DNA of 44,943 nucleotides from Vicugna vicugna (Eukaryota). Below are positions 10,441 through 23,199 of the stretch, piece by piece. Below the pieces are notes generated by a model that had not been told where the DNA came from, searched no databases, and saw only the letters and a program-made list of their open reading frames with translations. The translations under genes were made by a program, and so were the position numbers. The stretch is taken from NCBI GenBank assembly GCA_013265495.1, contig MU057833.1:102646-147588 (forward strand), given 5' to 3'. Within the stretch, counting starts at the first letter, position 1, and the number at the start of each line of letters is the position of its first letter.

Positions 10441-12689
10441 TTTGTAGTGGCCCCTGCTTAGCTCCCTCCAGTGGTTTCCCACGGCCCCGTGAAGAGAACC
10501 CACACCCCCAGGGTGGAGAGCCCCTTGTGCCTTGGCCCTCCGCTGCCTCTCCACCGCCTCCCCCACTCTCCGCAGAGTGGGGTGTGCCTCGGGCCCCCCC
10601 CCACTGCCTGGCGGCTCCTTGCCATTCCCGCCCCCAAGTACATGCTTTCGTGGAGCCTGTAAGGTCTGCCGTGGCGGAGCCGCCCGGTCCCTCCCTGTGC
10701 TGCTGCTCCTCCCTGAGTGCTCACCCCGGACCGTCAGCTGCACGGCCATTTGTCCGGGTCACAGCCCTACCGTGGTACCTGGAGCAGAGCCCGGCACTGT
10801 GTAGAGACTTAATAAATATGCATCCAAGGTGTGAAGATGCAGGACTCAGTAAATGTTGGCCAGTGTTTTTGTAACTCTACACACTTTACAAAACAGTTAT
10901 AGAGATACAGAAAAAAATACAGAAGAAAATACACCAGAACGTCTGCAGTGACCCTTGGCAGACGGAAGTATTCAGGGTGGCTTCTTATTTATATTCTTTT
11001 TATCGTGAAACCTTCCCTCAGATCAGGAGGAATAGAGCCCCCCGTCCTGGTGCCCGGGACACACATGCTGCTCAGTGCCCACGCTCACAGCCAGGCCCGG
11101 CAGGCTGCTCCAGGGGCACACGGGGAGGGCAGGCGCTGAAGCCGGGCGTTGGGAGGTGACATCGGGGCCGAGACCTAGGAGACAGCTGGAAATCGAGCGA
11201 GGAGGAGTGGGAGCAGTGCCTCCAGCAGAGGGCCCTGGAGGGCGAGCGCCCAGGTCCTGGGGCCAGGGAGGGGAGGCCAGCCCTGGCTGGCGGTGATCCC
11301 AGTAGCAGGCGGGTGAGTAAAGATGGAGACGGGCAAAGGGAGGTGAGACGGCTGGCTTTCTAAAGATGACGAGCCAGGCAGGTGTGGCGTGGCGAGGGGG
11401 GCCGCCGGGTCGGAGAGGCGCCCTGCAGAGGCAGGGAGGCAGGCCCAGCACGGTGCGGCCTGCAAGCCCGAGCCCGCACACTCGGCGTGGGGGATGCGAG
11501 GGGTGAGCGGGGAGTCGGGGGGACAGAGGCCAAAGGAAGCGCGTCCTTCCCTTTAGTCAGCAGGTCTCAGCCTCGGTCACACCTGAGACTCACGGGGGAG
11601 CTTCGAGAGAATGCCTGGGGCCCACCCTAGACTTGGTCTTGAGGGAGGCCAGGCCTGCGGTGCCCGTGACCAGCCATGCGGGTCCTCATCCGGAAGGGGG
11701 GCTTCACAAAGGTGTGAGCTTCGTGTTCAGACTCCTCTCTCGGGCTGGCCCTGCTCACAGTGGGACGGATGAGGTAGAGGTTGGGTTTTTCCAAACTGCT
11801 ACTTAATAACTAATGCAAGAAATGTTGCGTTATAAACCAAGGCATGGGCCGTGATACGAAAGAGGAGAGATTTAGAAACACTTAGGATGTTCAGTCCACA
11901 GAACTTAGTAGGTTTTTTAATGTAGAGAAGAGGGGAATGTATGAGTGTCTCCCTGATGTCTGACCAGGGAGACCAGATAGATGGTGCATCAAACAAGCTG
12001 GAAGAGTGAGCAGGTTTAGAGGCGGAAAGCAGTCAGTCTTCGTTCATATGTGCTGAATTTGGTATCCCTTGTGTTTATTACCTATGGTTCTTTGTGCACA
12101 TGTGACAAAAAGTAAGTTAGCTTAACCAGAAAGAGGGAAACGCATTATAATGTAAAAATCCACTGAAGAGGTTTAAGAGGGAAGGGCCTGGGAGCTCAAG
12201 GGAAATGGCTGACAAAGCTGAGGAGCGAGTTTTCAAGATGAACCATGCGGTCGGTCAGCAGCGGGCGGGCCAGGGAGCCGCGGGGAGGGGGCGAGGGCTG
12301 CGGGCTCCGGCACTGGGGCCGGGACAGTGGCCAGGGCCAGCCGAGCCAGGAGCACATCCCGGGGGCGGCTTCAGAGCCAGTGTCTTAATCTGGGGCAGGA
12401 GGCACTGCCTAGAAAAGACAGGGTGGTCGTTGAGGTGTGAGATGTCTTCCTCAGTCCTCGCGACCACCTTTTGAGGTGAATTCCACCTGACAGATGAGGA
12501 GACAGGCCCAGGCAGGTCTCACCAGCTCAGAAGAGGGGGCGCCGCGTTCGCCCAAGCCCACGCTCCCGACCGCTCTGTTGCCGGGAGTCTGGTTTCCTTG
12601 ATTCTTGGTGAATTCACTGTGGTCTCTTGCTTGTTGTACTTCCACCAAGTGCAGTCTCCACTCTTAAAGAGAAGCCTCTTTCTTCCTAG

Positions 12690-12750
12690 TCTGCAGAGTG
12701 TACGGAGCACGGGTGCCGCATTCCCGCCAGGCCCTATTCCCTCTTTGAAG
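12690..12750 (+). pseudogene. LANCL2: LANCL2 exon 8 remnant
   Basis: Acceptor ttcctag|. Reads SAE..YGA..GCRIPARPYSLFEG (LANCL2 FAEWCLDYGAHGCRIPDRPYSLFEG) with two internal deletions. Donor gaag|gtgaga. Confidence 0.9.
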
Positions 12751-13329
12751 GTGAGAGTGAGGGAACAGCCCTAGGTCTGAGTATCTGGGTGCGGGAGTCT
12801 GTCCCCGTCTGTCTGCACTGGCCCTGCCAGTTGGTCTTCCTGACTCCACAGCTGTTAAATGACTGACTGAGCAAAGCAGTTCATCGCTGAAAATCACATC
12901 TGTCTCCCTGGACTGCTTTGTGCCCCTGTGAATTTCTCCCAGGTATTTTTAGATCTTTTGTGAAGTATTTATGCAGGCACAACACAGACTGTTTGCTGCT
13001 CAGTAAGGGAAGAAATAGTAAGTTCACTCCTCTGCGTTCCATCTGTGATGCTGTGTGTCTAGCACTGGTCTAGCAAACTTGGTATTTCAGTATGATTATT
13101 TAAGTCAGATAAAGAAGTGTGAATAACTGATAGTAGTAATTTAAAAGTTGTAATAAGTAAAAATATTAGTAATTGGAAAAAGTAGTAAGAGAATATTGAA
13201 GAAAGTTCTGAAAAACGAGCAATGACGGAAAACCAGCAAACACATTGAGTCTGCTGCAGGCGGGGTGCATAGGATGTAATTCAGAAGAACAAAGCGGATT
13301 CCCACAGAGACTCAGACACCCTCTGTTTA

Positions 13330-13376
13330 GTGTGTGTGTGTGTGTGTCTGTGAGAGAGAGAGAGAGAGACAGAGAG
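13330..13376. repeat. Compound (GT)n(GA)n microsatellite
   Basis: gtgtgtgtgtgtgtgtgtctgtgagagagagagagagagacagagag. Confidence 0.9.
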
Positions 13377-13509
13377 AATTGGATATTTTATAGCATAAGC
13401 CACAGAAACCAAAGGGCAAAGGTTAATAAATGTTAGAATAAATTGAAGATAACTTTTTGATTACTTTAGAGCCACATTTCAGAAGGAATAAATGATTGAA
13501 CACTTCTTA

Positions 13510-14175
13510 AAAAATCAAAGGGTGCTGAATTTTGTCAGGTGCTTCTCATGCATCAGTTGATAAGATCTCATGGTTTTTCTACTTCAGCTTCCTGGTGTTG
13601 TGGGTCACACTGGTTGACTTTCGAATATTAAGCCACCCTTGCGTCTCTGGAATAAACCTTCCTCGGCCACGGTGTGCAGTTCTGATCCTGCAAAACTGCA
13701 TTTGCTAGCACTTTCTTGGGGATTTTTGCATCTATATTCACGAGGAATACAGTTTTCCTTTCTCATACTGTGTGGTTTTGCCATCAGGGTAATACTCGCT
13801 AACACTGTATTGAGAAGTATCTTCTTCTCTGTTTTCTGGAATAGGTAGTGTATTCATTGGTGGAAAAATTGGTGTTAATTCTAATTCTAACTTAAATGTT
13901 TGGTAGAATTCTTCAGTGAAACCTTCCTGGCTTAGCAATTTCTTTTTCAGGAGTTTTGAATTTATAAATTCCATTTGTTTAGTAGTTTATAAGGCTGTTC
14001 AAGTTACCTTTTTCCTACTCAAGTGAGTTTTAGTCGTTCGTATTTTTGAGAAACTGCTCCATCTCACCCGTGGGATCAGATGTGTGCGCATAAAGCTTTG
14101 GGGGTGGCCCTGTATTATCTTTTAACATCTGAATTGTCTGTAGTGATGTGCCCTGTTTCATTGCTGCTATTGTCA
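13510..14175 (-). mobile_element. LINE-1 ORF2 fragment, antisense
   Basis: Minus-strand ORF 13738..13974 contains 'GFTEEFYQTFK.EL.PI', a known L1 ORF2 motif. The flanking sequence is typical antisense L1. Confidence 0.85.
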
Positions 14176-15621
14176 TTGTAGTCATGTAATAGAAAAATGA
14201 GCAGTGGAGCATTTGTCATGATCTTTTGTAGAATAAGATCTTAATACTCAAAGAAATCATAATGGAAAAATGTTTTTCCGAATAAACCTTTTTAGTCTTT
14301 TGTGTCAGTGTATTTGTATGAAGTAGAACTGGGTGAAAACCTGAACCCTAAATGGAGTTCATTCAGGTTTATAAATTCAAGTTTCTGATGGCAACTTTAA
14401 AGCCCCAGTGGGTGAACATCTCGGAGGGTCCGCTCCCTAAAGGCTGGGAGCTGTCAGCTCCGCCGCTCCACCGCGCCTCACACGTGCCCGGCAGTGGACA
14501 CTAGGCTCTTGTCAGATGGGTGAGCACATGTGCTGAGGCCACTGGGCCGGCAGGGCCACCAGCACCTGTGACCCTCTCTGGAGGAGTCCCTCCTGCCCAG
14601 GTGTCCCTCGGGGAGGCCTGCTGCTCCACCCCGAAAACAAGAACACGGGTCCTTTCAGCGTGGCCGGCTCTGCGTGGCCGGCTCTGCTGGCCCTCCTGGC
14701 CATTGTCAGGGTCACTGTCCACTTCCAGCCACTTCTAATAGATCACTGGTTTTCAGGTATCTTTAGCCGCTGGAACGTTTTTCCCAACAACAACTTACAG
14801 GGAAAGCTAGAAACAACCCAGATGTGGGAGGACAGCTGCGCTGACACACACAAAACGAGCGCGAATGTCAGAAACACTGAGGGAAGCAGCCAGACACAGC
14901 AGGCTTATCGTGCTGTTGGTTTCACTCATGTGACGCCCACAACAGGCGACACTAATCCGAGGACCAGACTGGAGAGGAACTTCCTAGGGGAGGTGATGGA
15001 AATGCTCTGCATCTCGATCAGGGTTTGGTTTACACAGGGGTATGCATTTGTCAAAACTCACGGAAGTACACTGAACACTTGTGTGTTTTGCTCTGTGTAG
15101 ACTTCACGTCACAAGGAAAACGGCAAGCCAGCCGCAGGGGACAGGGCCTTCAGACTGACGACAGAGGCTGGGCGCCCGCAGCCGCCGGGCCACCCTGCGC
15201 GCGCCCCACGCAGCAGCTGCAGCCAGTGCTGGGCCACTGCCGTGTCTGCTGCGGGGATTCTGACACGTCCATTTTAAAGGAACATTTTTAAAGCCTCCTT
15301 AGGTATAAAATGCAACTTTGTTTGGAATAAAAACATCAAGGCTCTTGAGAGGTTTATTATATTGAAATACCACAATAGCAGTGCTTTGATGTTTTTGTTA
15401 GCAATTCTGTGCAGCCATCTTAAAGCATCAAGATACAAGGCTGAAGTTCAGAAACCAATTTTTTTAAACAGGTAGTGAAGACAACTGGTGTCGTTACCTG
15501 CTGGGTGCGGATACAGGGATTTCCTTTTTTTGTTTGTGAAGTTATTTTTAAAGTTCTCACCACTTTTTCCCCACATCCTTACAGCTTTGGTAAAGGCAGT
15601 GATTAAAGGTCACTTGGTTTT

Positions 15622-15714
15622 GGGGGGAGAGGGTATAGCTCAGTGGTAGAGCATATGCTTAGCTTAGGCCAGTCCCCAGTACCTCTGTTAAAAGAAAGAA
15701 AATCCACCCCCCAG
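15622..15714 (+). mobile_element. tRNA-derived SINE (camelid type) with 15-bp target-site duplication
   Basis: ggggggagagggtatagctcagtggtagagcatatgcttagc...; TSD aaggtcacttggttt at 15606-15620 and 15715-15729. Confidence 0.9.
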
Positions 15715-15780
15715 AAGGTCACTTGGTTTGGACACCAGTCTCACACCCTTTTTCATAAGGGACTGCGTTTTACGTTGCAG

Positions 15781-18140
15781 GCATGGCTGGCGCCATTCAC
15801 TGTCTGTCCGACATCCTGATCCCAGAGACATTATGGTTTCCGGCATTTGAACTTGGATCTTCACAGAGGGATGCAAAGGTGCAAAGACTACAGAGAGACC
15901 CAGCTGGACCAGAAGCCGCTAGGCTGCTTAACGCCTGACATAGAGCCAACTGTGAATCCTGAAAGACGGAGGAACAGGAGATGCAGACACCTTCACGGGC
16001 CCCTGTCAGTGTGAGTCAGAGCCGTCCCGTCAGCGTTCCGTGCCAGCGCTCCCCTCATTGGTGTAACACACGGAGTCTCCGTGCCCAGCTCTCTGTAGTG
16101 TCCACGTCTCTTGGTGTTTCCTGTCTGTAGGGGCAGGTGGTTCTAAGTGGAAGTCCTCTGTCCATGAGCCCGAGCTGGCTGTGCATGAGGGAACGTGGCA
16201 GTCGCTTCTCTATATAATATTTACAGTGTGTTTATTGACAAACGGAATTGGCAGGTGGTGTCTCTTATGTATTAGAAAGGTTCTCTCCATGGTGATGGCC
16301 CACTGGTAAGAGGTTTCAGCATTCCTGTGGGTACCTTTCAGATGAGCAGGAGAGAAAGGCCACTCCAGAAATGAACAGAAGTGGAACGGGTGGGGAGTTC
16401 TGCTGGAGTGGAGGGTGGGGAGCCCCCAGGCAGAAGTTTTGTGCTCGCCTTAGTGGTTTTTAAGAAGCCAGAGCGGGTACACTGCAGCTCTGCTGAGGCC
16501 CCCATTCTCAGGCTGTGTGTGGAGTTCCGGTCTCTCCTTGCGGTCATCCAAGGCAGCTAGCTTGTGCCCTGCGGAGTGGGCTCATGACACCAGGGACGTT
16601 CAAGGCAAGCCTTTCCACGGCCACACTGCAAACCCAGCAGCAGTGACTGGAGGTTGGCAAGTGTAGACTCAGTGTATGTTATGAAAACAGACTCCACCTC
16701 AGTTTTATCAACTTCATAGCTTAGTGTTCAGTTCAGTGGACACAATTCTAGGTGGGTAATCAGCTGTTCCCATGTCCCTCCAATTAAACTTACTTCAAAA
16801 TTTGGTGAGTTATCAAAGTATAAATTTGGGATGAATATAGTCCTCAGTTTTTGTCTACTATTTGGGTGATGAAAATAAAATCGCACATTGATGAAATGTA
16901 TTAAGCATAAAGTGCTAGCCTCCATTTATGCATGTGGGCAACAAGGTTCTAACCAAGAAAATTATGATGCTGTCTGTCTGACGTTTTTATTTTAAAAGTG
17001 GGCATTAGTTTGCACTTTACCCTGTAGATCTGTTTTTAGAACAGTTTTGTTGTCAGGATATGAGTGGTCCAGGGTCTTCCAGACTTCTCACCCCACAAGC
17101 TAAGGCACGATCCTAAGCACAAGCGAGGGCTCTCTGGCGGTCTGGTTCTTGTGCACAAGGGCGGTCTCAGGGCTTGGCAGCCCTAGTGCCCACCCTGTTC
17201 GGTGACCTCCAGCTTCTAGATGATGGCCCGTGAGTCTCTTTGTTGCAGACACTCGAGTCACCACTGTTCAAGTTAGATTGGTGACTTCCGTGGGCATGAT
17301 CCCTCTTGGTGGTGCTGTAACCAGCTTCCTGTGCCTGCTCCTGTGCTGCTCAGCAGCCCGATTCCCCGGGACCTGGAGGCAGGACACGAGCGAGCTGAGG
17401 GCACTCTCGGCAGAGAGCTCTCCTGCTGCCACCTCGCAGCCACCGCGCAGCTGACCAGCACGGCCGCCCCCTCGTCCACACCCTGCACAACAGCCCCCGG
17501 GGCCTTGGCGACAGGTTTTGCAGCTTCGCCATTTCTCAGGGGAGGCCGGTGGGGCTGCCCAGGGACCACCCCCGCCCGGCAAGAGGGAGGCAGGTCGTGG
17601 AAGCCCTGGCTCTGCTGTGTCTCCTGACCAGCAGCAGCGAGGGTGACCCTGTCACTTGGGCACCTCACTGTGCATGGAAAGTACTTGTTGGGCTGGCTGC
17701 TGACTGACACGCTGAGGGAAAGGCACAGCACTTGCAGGGTGAGGGGAGGTTCTGTTCACAGGTACAGCTGGGTTGACACCTTCCCACTTACCCACTAGAC
17801 ACTGAGACATGTGCAGCCTCTGACTCCCCAGTGACCCACGTCCTGGCCGCTGACACAGGCAGCCCGCTGACAGCGGTTCCAGCTCTCAGGCCCCGAAGGC
17901 AGCTGAACAGGATGCACAGAACCTGCTTGAATAGTTCTGACAGGTGTTTGAATTCGGATCTCAGAACATCTCACGATGATTTCTTAGATTAGTTTGTGTC
18001 CTCGAAAATGTGTCTGAGCTTTTCAGAGTGTGTGTGCACAATTCCATTTTAAAACGTGAAAGAAGAAAAGTCAATGTCCACAAAAAGCACATGGGTTCTC
18101 TGGTTTGGTGCTCAATAAAGATGGTCTTGTGGTGACACTC
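15781..18140 (+). pseudogene. LANCL2: LANCL2 last exon remnant (coding end plus 3' UTR)
   Basis: Acceptor ttgcag|. Reads GMAGAIHCLSDILIPETLWFPAFELGSSQRD (LANCL2 GMAGAIHFLSDVLGPETSRFPAFELDSSKRD). The 3' extent is inferred from the poly(A) signal at 18114. Confidence 0.85.
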
Positions 18141-18160
18141 GTGTGGTCTCTGTTCTCACC
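18114..18160 (+). terminator. Polyadenylation signal with GU-rich downstream element
   Basis: AATAAA at 18114-18119, followed by 'tggtcttgtggtg...gtgtggtctctgttct'. Confidence 0.6.
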
Positions 18161-20799
18161 TGTGCCTGACTCTGAGAGTGACAATCAGGAGCTTTGGTCA
18201 CTTCTGAAGATTGTTTTGTTCACTTAAAAATACGGCCGTTGCTCATGTTACGATGTACTACAGAATCCGTTAGAATGACAGCTTGCTTTTTCCAAGGCCC
18301 TTCAAAACCTGGGTAGTCTGAGAAGGGAGGGCTGTTGTGAGCTTGCACGTGTGACAGGCCTTTCTGCTCCCAGCGGCCCTGAATGGTCACAGCACTGCGG
18401 GGGGTCACGGCACTGCTGGGCACTGTCATCACCTCTGTATGACACAGGAGAGAGCCAGTGGCCTTGCCCAGGGTCTCAGCTGGAATGAGAGGCAGACGCG
18501 GACGGTTCTTGCCAAGGGCCACGCTTCTGACTTGTACTCAGTACCTCCTCTCCTGTGTTCCCAGCACAGAAGGCAGGAAACTGAAACCTGGGAGAGGGCT
18601 TTGTCCTCTTCCCGCCCCCACCCTCCTGGCTGGGAGGGACCCTCGAACCACCCGGTGCAATTCCACATGCACTGCTTCTGTGTAAGGCGGCCTCAAAGCT
18701 CTTGCTTCCTTGGCTAAATCCACAAAAGCAGGACCGAAGTGTGATGCACAGCTCCCCTGAGCACATGCACAGCCTGTTCATTCTTCCCAGTCTTTTGCTG
18801 CAGCTTCAAGGGGCCTTTCTTTTCAGGTCTTAATTTTCCCACATCTTGTCTGGAGGAGAGCGCGCGAAGTGTTAGTTCCAAGATGACTGTCACCCCTGAT
18901 GCCTGTCAGAGAAAGGCTGCAGCCTCCTTCTAGTTCCCTTGAAGACCACTAGATGGCTGGGGTCTGCTGACGTCCGCCTCATGGATGCCACTGCCCCATT
19001 TCCTGCTTCCACTTGGGAGATGGGAGGCTCGGTTCCTACATTCAGCAGGTGTCTGCTGCACGCCTCCCGCATGCCAGCATCGTGCTAGGTGCTGAGAGGC
19101 AAGTGCTAACAGCGCTGGTGCACATCAAAGTCCAGCCTGGCGACCGCCAGGGGGAAGTGAGCAGCCTCAATGCTCAGGCTCTGGGGAGCCCTCCCCTGGC
19201 CCAGCCTGGGACAGCTCCTCTGTGTTTGGCGTCAGGGGTGGTGTGCGGGGTAGCAGGCTCCCAGTGTGCACTGGCAGGTCACGGCAGGAGGGGACCACAG
19301 GGGAGTGTGGTCAGCCCAGCCTTGCAGTGTGACGCCCCTGGCACAAGGCTGCAGCCGCCCCTGTCATCAAGGAGCCTGCGGAGCGGAGGTCACGAGTGGG
19401 GACTCGAGCCTGGGTGTCTGTGTTCATCTCAGAGCTCAACCACTGGTATGACTGGGACACGCCATTTCCTGCAAGGGTTTTCTGTGTACTCAGGACAACC
19501 TTGTTTGGTTAGTGGGATGATTGAAGTGAACGGTCAGATGAGACGGTGTGTAGCACATGGAGTGCTGTGAAGGGGAGATGAAGGTGGCAGTGCAGGGCTT
19601 TCACTGTAGAGACAGGCTCGCTCCTCCTTGGTGAAGGGAAACCCAGACCCGCCCAGCTCCTAAGTCCCAAGCACCTGGTACCGCTGCTCTGCCTGGCAGC
19701 TCCGAGCCCTGAGCCAGCAGTGTGCGCTTGTGTGCGCGTGTCTGTGCGTGTGCCCAGCTGCCCCAACGTCCTTCAAGGGGAAGAGCTGCCACAGGGGCAA
19801 GGAGGAACCAAGCCACAGTTCCAGGCTTATGCATCCAGAAAGGCTCTCCATTCCTCTGGCCTGTTCTTTGCTCAGCGCCCCCCCCACCGGAGACCTTCCC
19901 GGCTCTTTACCAGGTGGACCTGTGGCTTTTGTAGGACCGCCCATCAGAAGCAGTGCTGGCTGTGTGTTAACAGGGTCCTTATGCCACTATTCAAAGTGTC
20001 GTCCATGAGAGGACAAAACAAGCACCAAGCAGCGTCCACCTACAATCCTGTGAACACCCCCAACAGCCCCAAGAACTGACTCAAACCACTTCCTGGCGGA
20101 GGCCCTGGGAAAGTCGTAAGAGGCTTTATGCTCGCCCGCTGGAGCTGCAAGGAAGCTGACAGACAAGAGCAGCCCCCCCACCCCTCCCACCCAGCGGCTC
20201 TCCAGGAGCAGGAGGCGGCCTGCCCCCTGCAGCTGAGCTGGAGGTGAGGCCTCACGTGTCTGAAGGATGTCTCTGTTTTGCCCTGACACTGAAATCATAG
20301 GATGTTCAGAGAATTCTGCACTGGAAGTCACTTTCCTAGTGAAGTTTCAATCATACTGTCTTCCAGCTTCCGACAGCATTGCCTGAGAACCTCACAGCCA
20401 CAGTGATTCTTGTTTCTCTGTGATCACTTTGCAGGCTGTAGAATTTCTGTCATGATAACGAGCCTGGTCCTGGGTTCTTGGCAGGCCCTTCCAGTCTAGA
20501 ACCTCCTGTGTTTCAATCCTAGGAATTTTCTTCTGAATTATTCTTTTAATGTTTTTCTCTTCTGCCTTTTGCTTTTTTTTTCAAAGAAATTTCAGCTTTA
20601 TTTCCTAGTCCTTCTACTGTGTGTTCCTTTATTTCCAGTTTTCCTTGTTCTTGGGGTAGCTCTTGTGTATATTCTCTCCCTATTTCTCGCTGCAGTATCT
20701 TACCCCTTTGAGGATGTTAATTTAGCCTGTCCTGTTCAGGAGCAGTGAATGTTTATGTGGAGGGGCAGGGGTTGCAGGGGAGGAGATGGAGGAAGGCCA

Positions 20800-21600
20800 G
20801 GCCTCTGAGGAGTCCTAGGGCCTGGAAGGCCCTTTCTGAGGAGTTTCGCTTTTTCTCTGGGTGGAGTAGACAGTCACATAGTTTTTGAGCAAAAGGAGGA
20901 CATTATCTGATTAATGCAGGAAAGGGGTCATCCTGAGCGAATGCCAGGTGGGAGAAGGGAAACTAGAGGGCTGGTCCAGGAAGGTGGCTGGTGGGCTTGG
21001 TGAGAATGGTTAAGACTCTAGGTGCGTCCTGAAGCCGGAACCAGTAAGATTTCCTGACCATCAGGTACAGAGCAGAATGAGCAGGCAGACTTGTCTCCAG
21101 AGTGGCCAGGCCCCGGGAGGGCGTTGCCAGCCTCTGAGATGTGGGGAGGTCAGCCAGGCGGGTCAGGGTCCGCTACGGCACGTGGAGTCTGCGGAGCCTG
21201 CGCTGACAGGGGGCTCAAGGGGAATCTGGGAGGAAACTGTCACTTTGGAGTCATTTGCATGTTGGTTATTTAAAGCCACGAGCTGGGCGAGCTCGCCAGG
21301 GAAATGAGGGCAGAGGGAACACACCACATGAAGCAGCGGGAGGACTTTGCTCCAGCAAAGGAGGTGAGAAGAGGCAGTGACGGGGTGGGGGTCTGTCCTC
21401 CTGGAGCCCAGGGAGGACGGGAGCCGTCAGCTGTTTCAAGTGATCCTGATACGGAAGGGAAAGACGAATGGCCCTTGGATTCAGTGGCCTGGAGGTCGTG
21501 GGTGAATCTGTGAGCAGCAGACACCACTAAAGTTTTGTTGCAAAAGAGGAAAGAAAAGGGGCCACAGTTGGTGACAGAACTAGAACTAAGAAAAGCCTCC
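20800..21600 (-). mobile_element. LINE-2 fragments
   Basis: Purine-rich antisense L2-like blocks: 'ttttgagcaaaaggaggacattatctga', 'tggtccagg...ggtggctggtgggcttgg', 'ttggagtcatttgcatgttggttatttaaagcc'. Confidence 0.6.
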
Positions 21601-23199
21601 CCCTCCAGGAAATAACAGCATGTTTGTGAATCAGTGGGTGTGATCCAATAGGGTTTTTTTTTAAGTGACGTAGAATAGAAGAGGGGATGAGCAGGAGGGA
21701 TGTCTTCAGGCAGGCAGAGGAGGTGGGAGCCAGCGCCCGGCAGCAGCGCCGCTAGGAAGCAGCCTGGGGAACAGGTGGGCATAGGGTGAGGGTGGGTCGT
21801 GGTGGGGGGGTGAAGTCCTCCGAATTGTTCAGCCTCCTCAGTGAGGTCAGGAGTGAGACAGCATCTGCTGAGAAGATGGAGGGGGAAGAGGGAGGTTGGA
21901 GGAGAGGAAGTGGGGGTGCTGTCCAGGGAAGCAGGGGAGGGGAGCGACTCAGGTCGGGGATCATGCAGAGGGTTTGTTGAGATGCGACTGCTGGGCTAGT
22001 GTCCGATCCCGCTGGTCTGGAGCGGGGCCTGAGAGTTATCCCCTGACTGGTGCCAGGCTGGCCCTGACGCTGCCCCAGGCCCCTAGGCTTCAGGAGAACA
22101 CCCTCTTAGCTCCCTTCTTGGTTTCCCTGGTCACTCAGGATGGCTGGTCTGCTCTCCCAGCCACGTCCAGCGTGCTTTTAGTTGATCTGAATTACTTTTC
22201 CTGCTTGTGGGTTGCAGTTTTTATCTTTCACATCAGAGGGTCCGGTCCGCTGGTTCCGTGCTGTGGATGCTGACTGGGACTTCTGGTCCCCGAGCCTGAA
22301 CTGGCTCGACCTTCAGTCGGGAGGTGCTGGCATCAGTCCCTCCCGAGACGCCCAGTCCCCGCCTGCAGGTGGCGGGAAGGACCCTGTGAGGAAGAAAGCT
22401 GGACAGCCACCCTCACTGGATGGCACCGCGACCTTCACCTAGATCCAGTGTCCTCTGGGCCAGAGACCAGAACGCTTTCAAGAAAAGGCGGCTCCGGTTT
22501 GGCAGAGGAGGGGAGGCGGCCGTGATGCTGCTGGGCGGGTGGGGAGACATCTGGCGTCTGAGGGGACGTGGAACTGGCCGCTGCCCCGGGGGGCTCCCGC
22601 CCTTCTTGCTGTGGGCTCAGGGCTCCCTCTGCTCAGTCACTGGTCCCCAGCTCATCTGCTGTGGGGCTTCCTCAGCGTGCGGCTGTCCTCCCCCTTGATT
22701 CCAAGCTCTCTGGGCATCCCCTGGGGGCCAGGCTGCTCACCAGCTTCAGGAGGGGCCCGGGTGCTCAGCCCCCAGTTTCTTCTCTTCCAGCTCCTCAGCT
22801 GGGTTTGAAGGGCCAAGTGTGGCCCAGTGTTTCTGAGCCCCCAAGGGCCTTCATTCCCCGCATCTTCCCGGGGCTCCTCCTGAGCGGTGCTGAGCACCCC
22901 GCAGCATCAGTCATCATGCCCCGAACAGAGCTGAGCCCTCCCAACACCGCTGAGCCATATCCCTGCCACGTGTTGCAACAGGGTCTAGTCAAGGGGGATG
23001 TAGTTGTTTTTTGAAGTTTTCTCACATTGAATTCTCTAACATCTTATTTTTGATTTTGTCCCACATAGAAATCCTGTTTATTTTTGTCAAATAGGAAAAG
23101 TCATAAATGACAAATGTGAAGTGTCTATAAAACACCATAGTTTCTGAGTTGTTTGACCACCACAAATATTTCCCATCTCTGGAGGAACAAACAGCCTTT

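Larger units (their letters stand above)
2600..18140 (+). pseudogene. LANCL2: Unprocessed (intron-containing) LanC-like protein 2 pseudogene; exons equivalent to human 1,3,4,7,8,9 present, 2,5,6 not found
   Basis: Six collinear exon remnants translate to recognisable LANCL2 segments with matching splice positions. They contain multiple in-frame stops, frameshifts, a CTG in place of the start ATG and one destroyed acceptor. Confidence 0.93.

Noticed and set aside
15622..15665. tRNA gene (also 6180-6243, minus strand)
   Set aside because: The cloverleaf is incomplete, and an AT-rich tail and TSD indicate SINEs.
2600..15900. Lanthipeptide (LanC) biosynthetic cluster
   Set aside because: This is the eukaryotic LanC-like gene with spliceosomal introns. 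There is no precursor peptide, dehydratase or transporter.
19013..19570. 185-aa ORF and other ORFs in GC-rich 17-23 kb DNA
   Set aside because: Non-ATG starts or low-complexity composition, no domain similarity, and expected by chance at this GC content.
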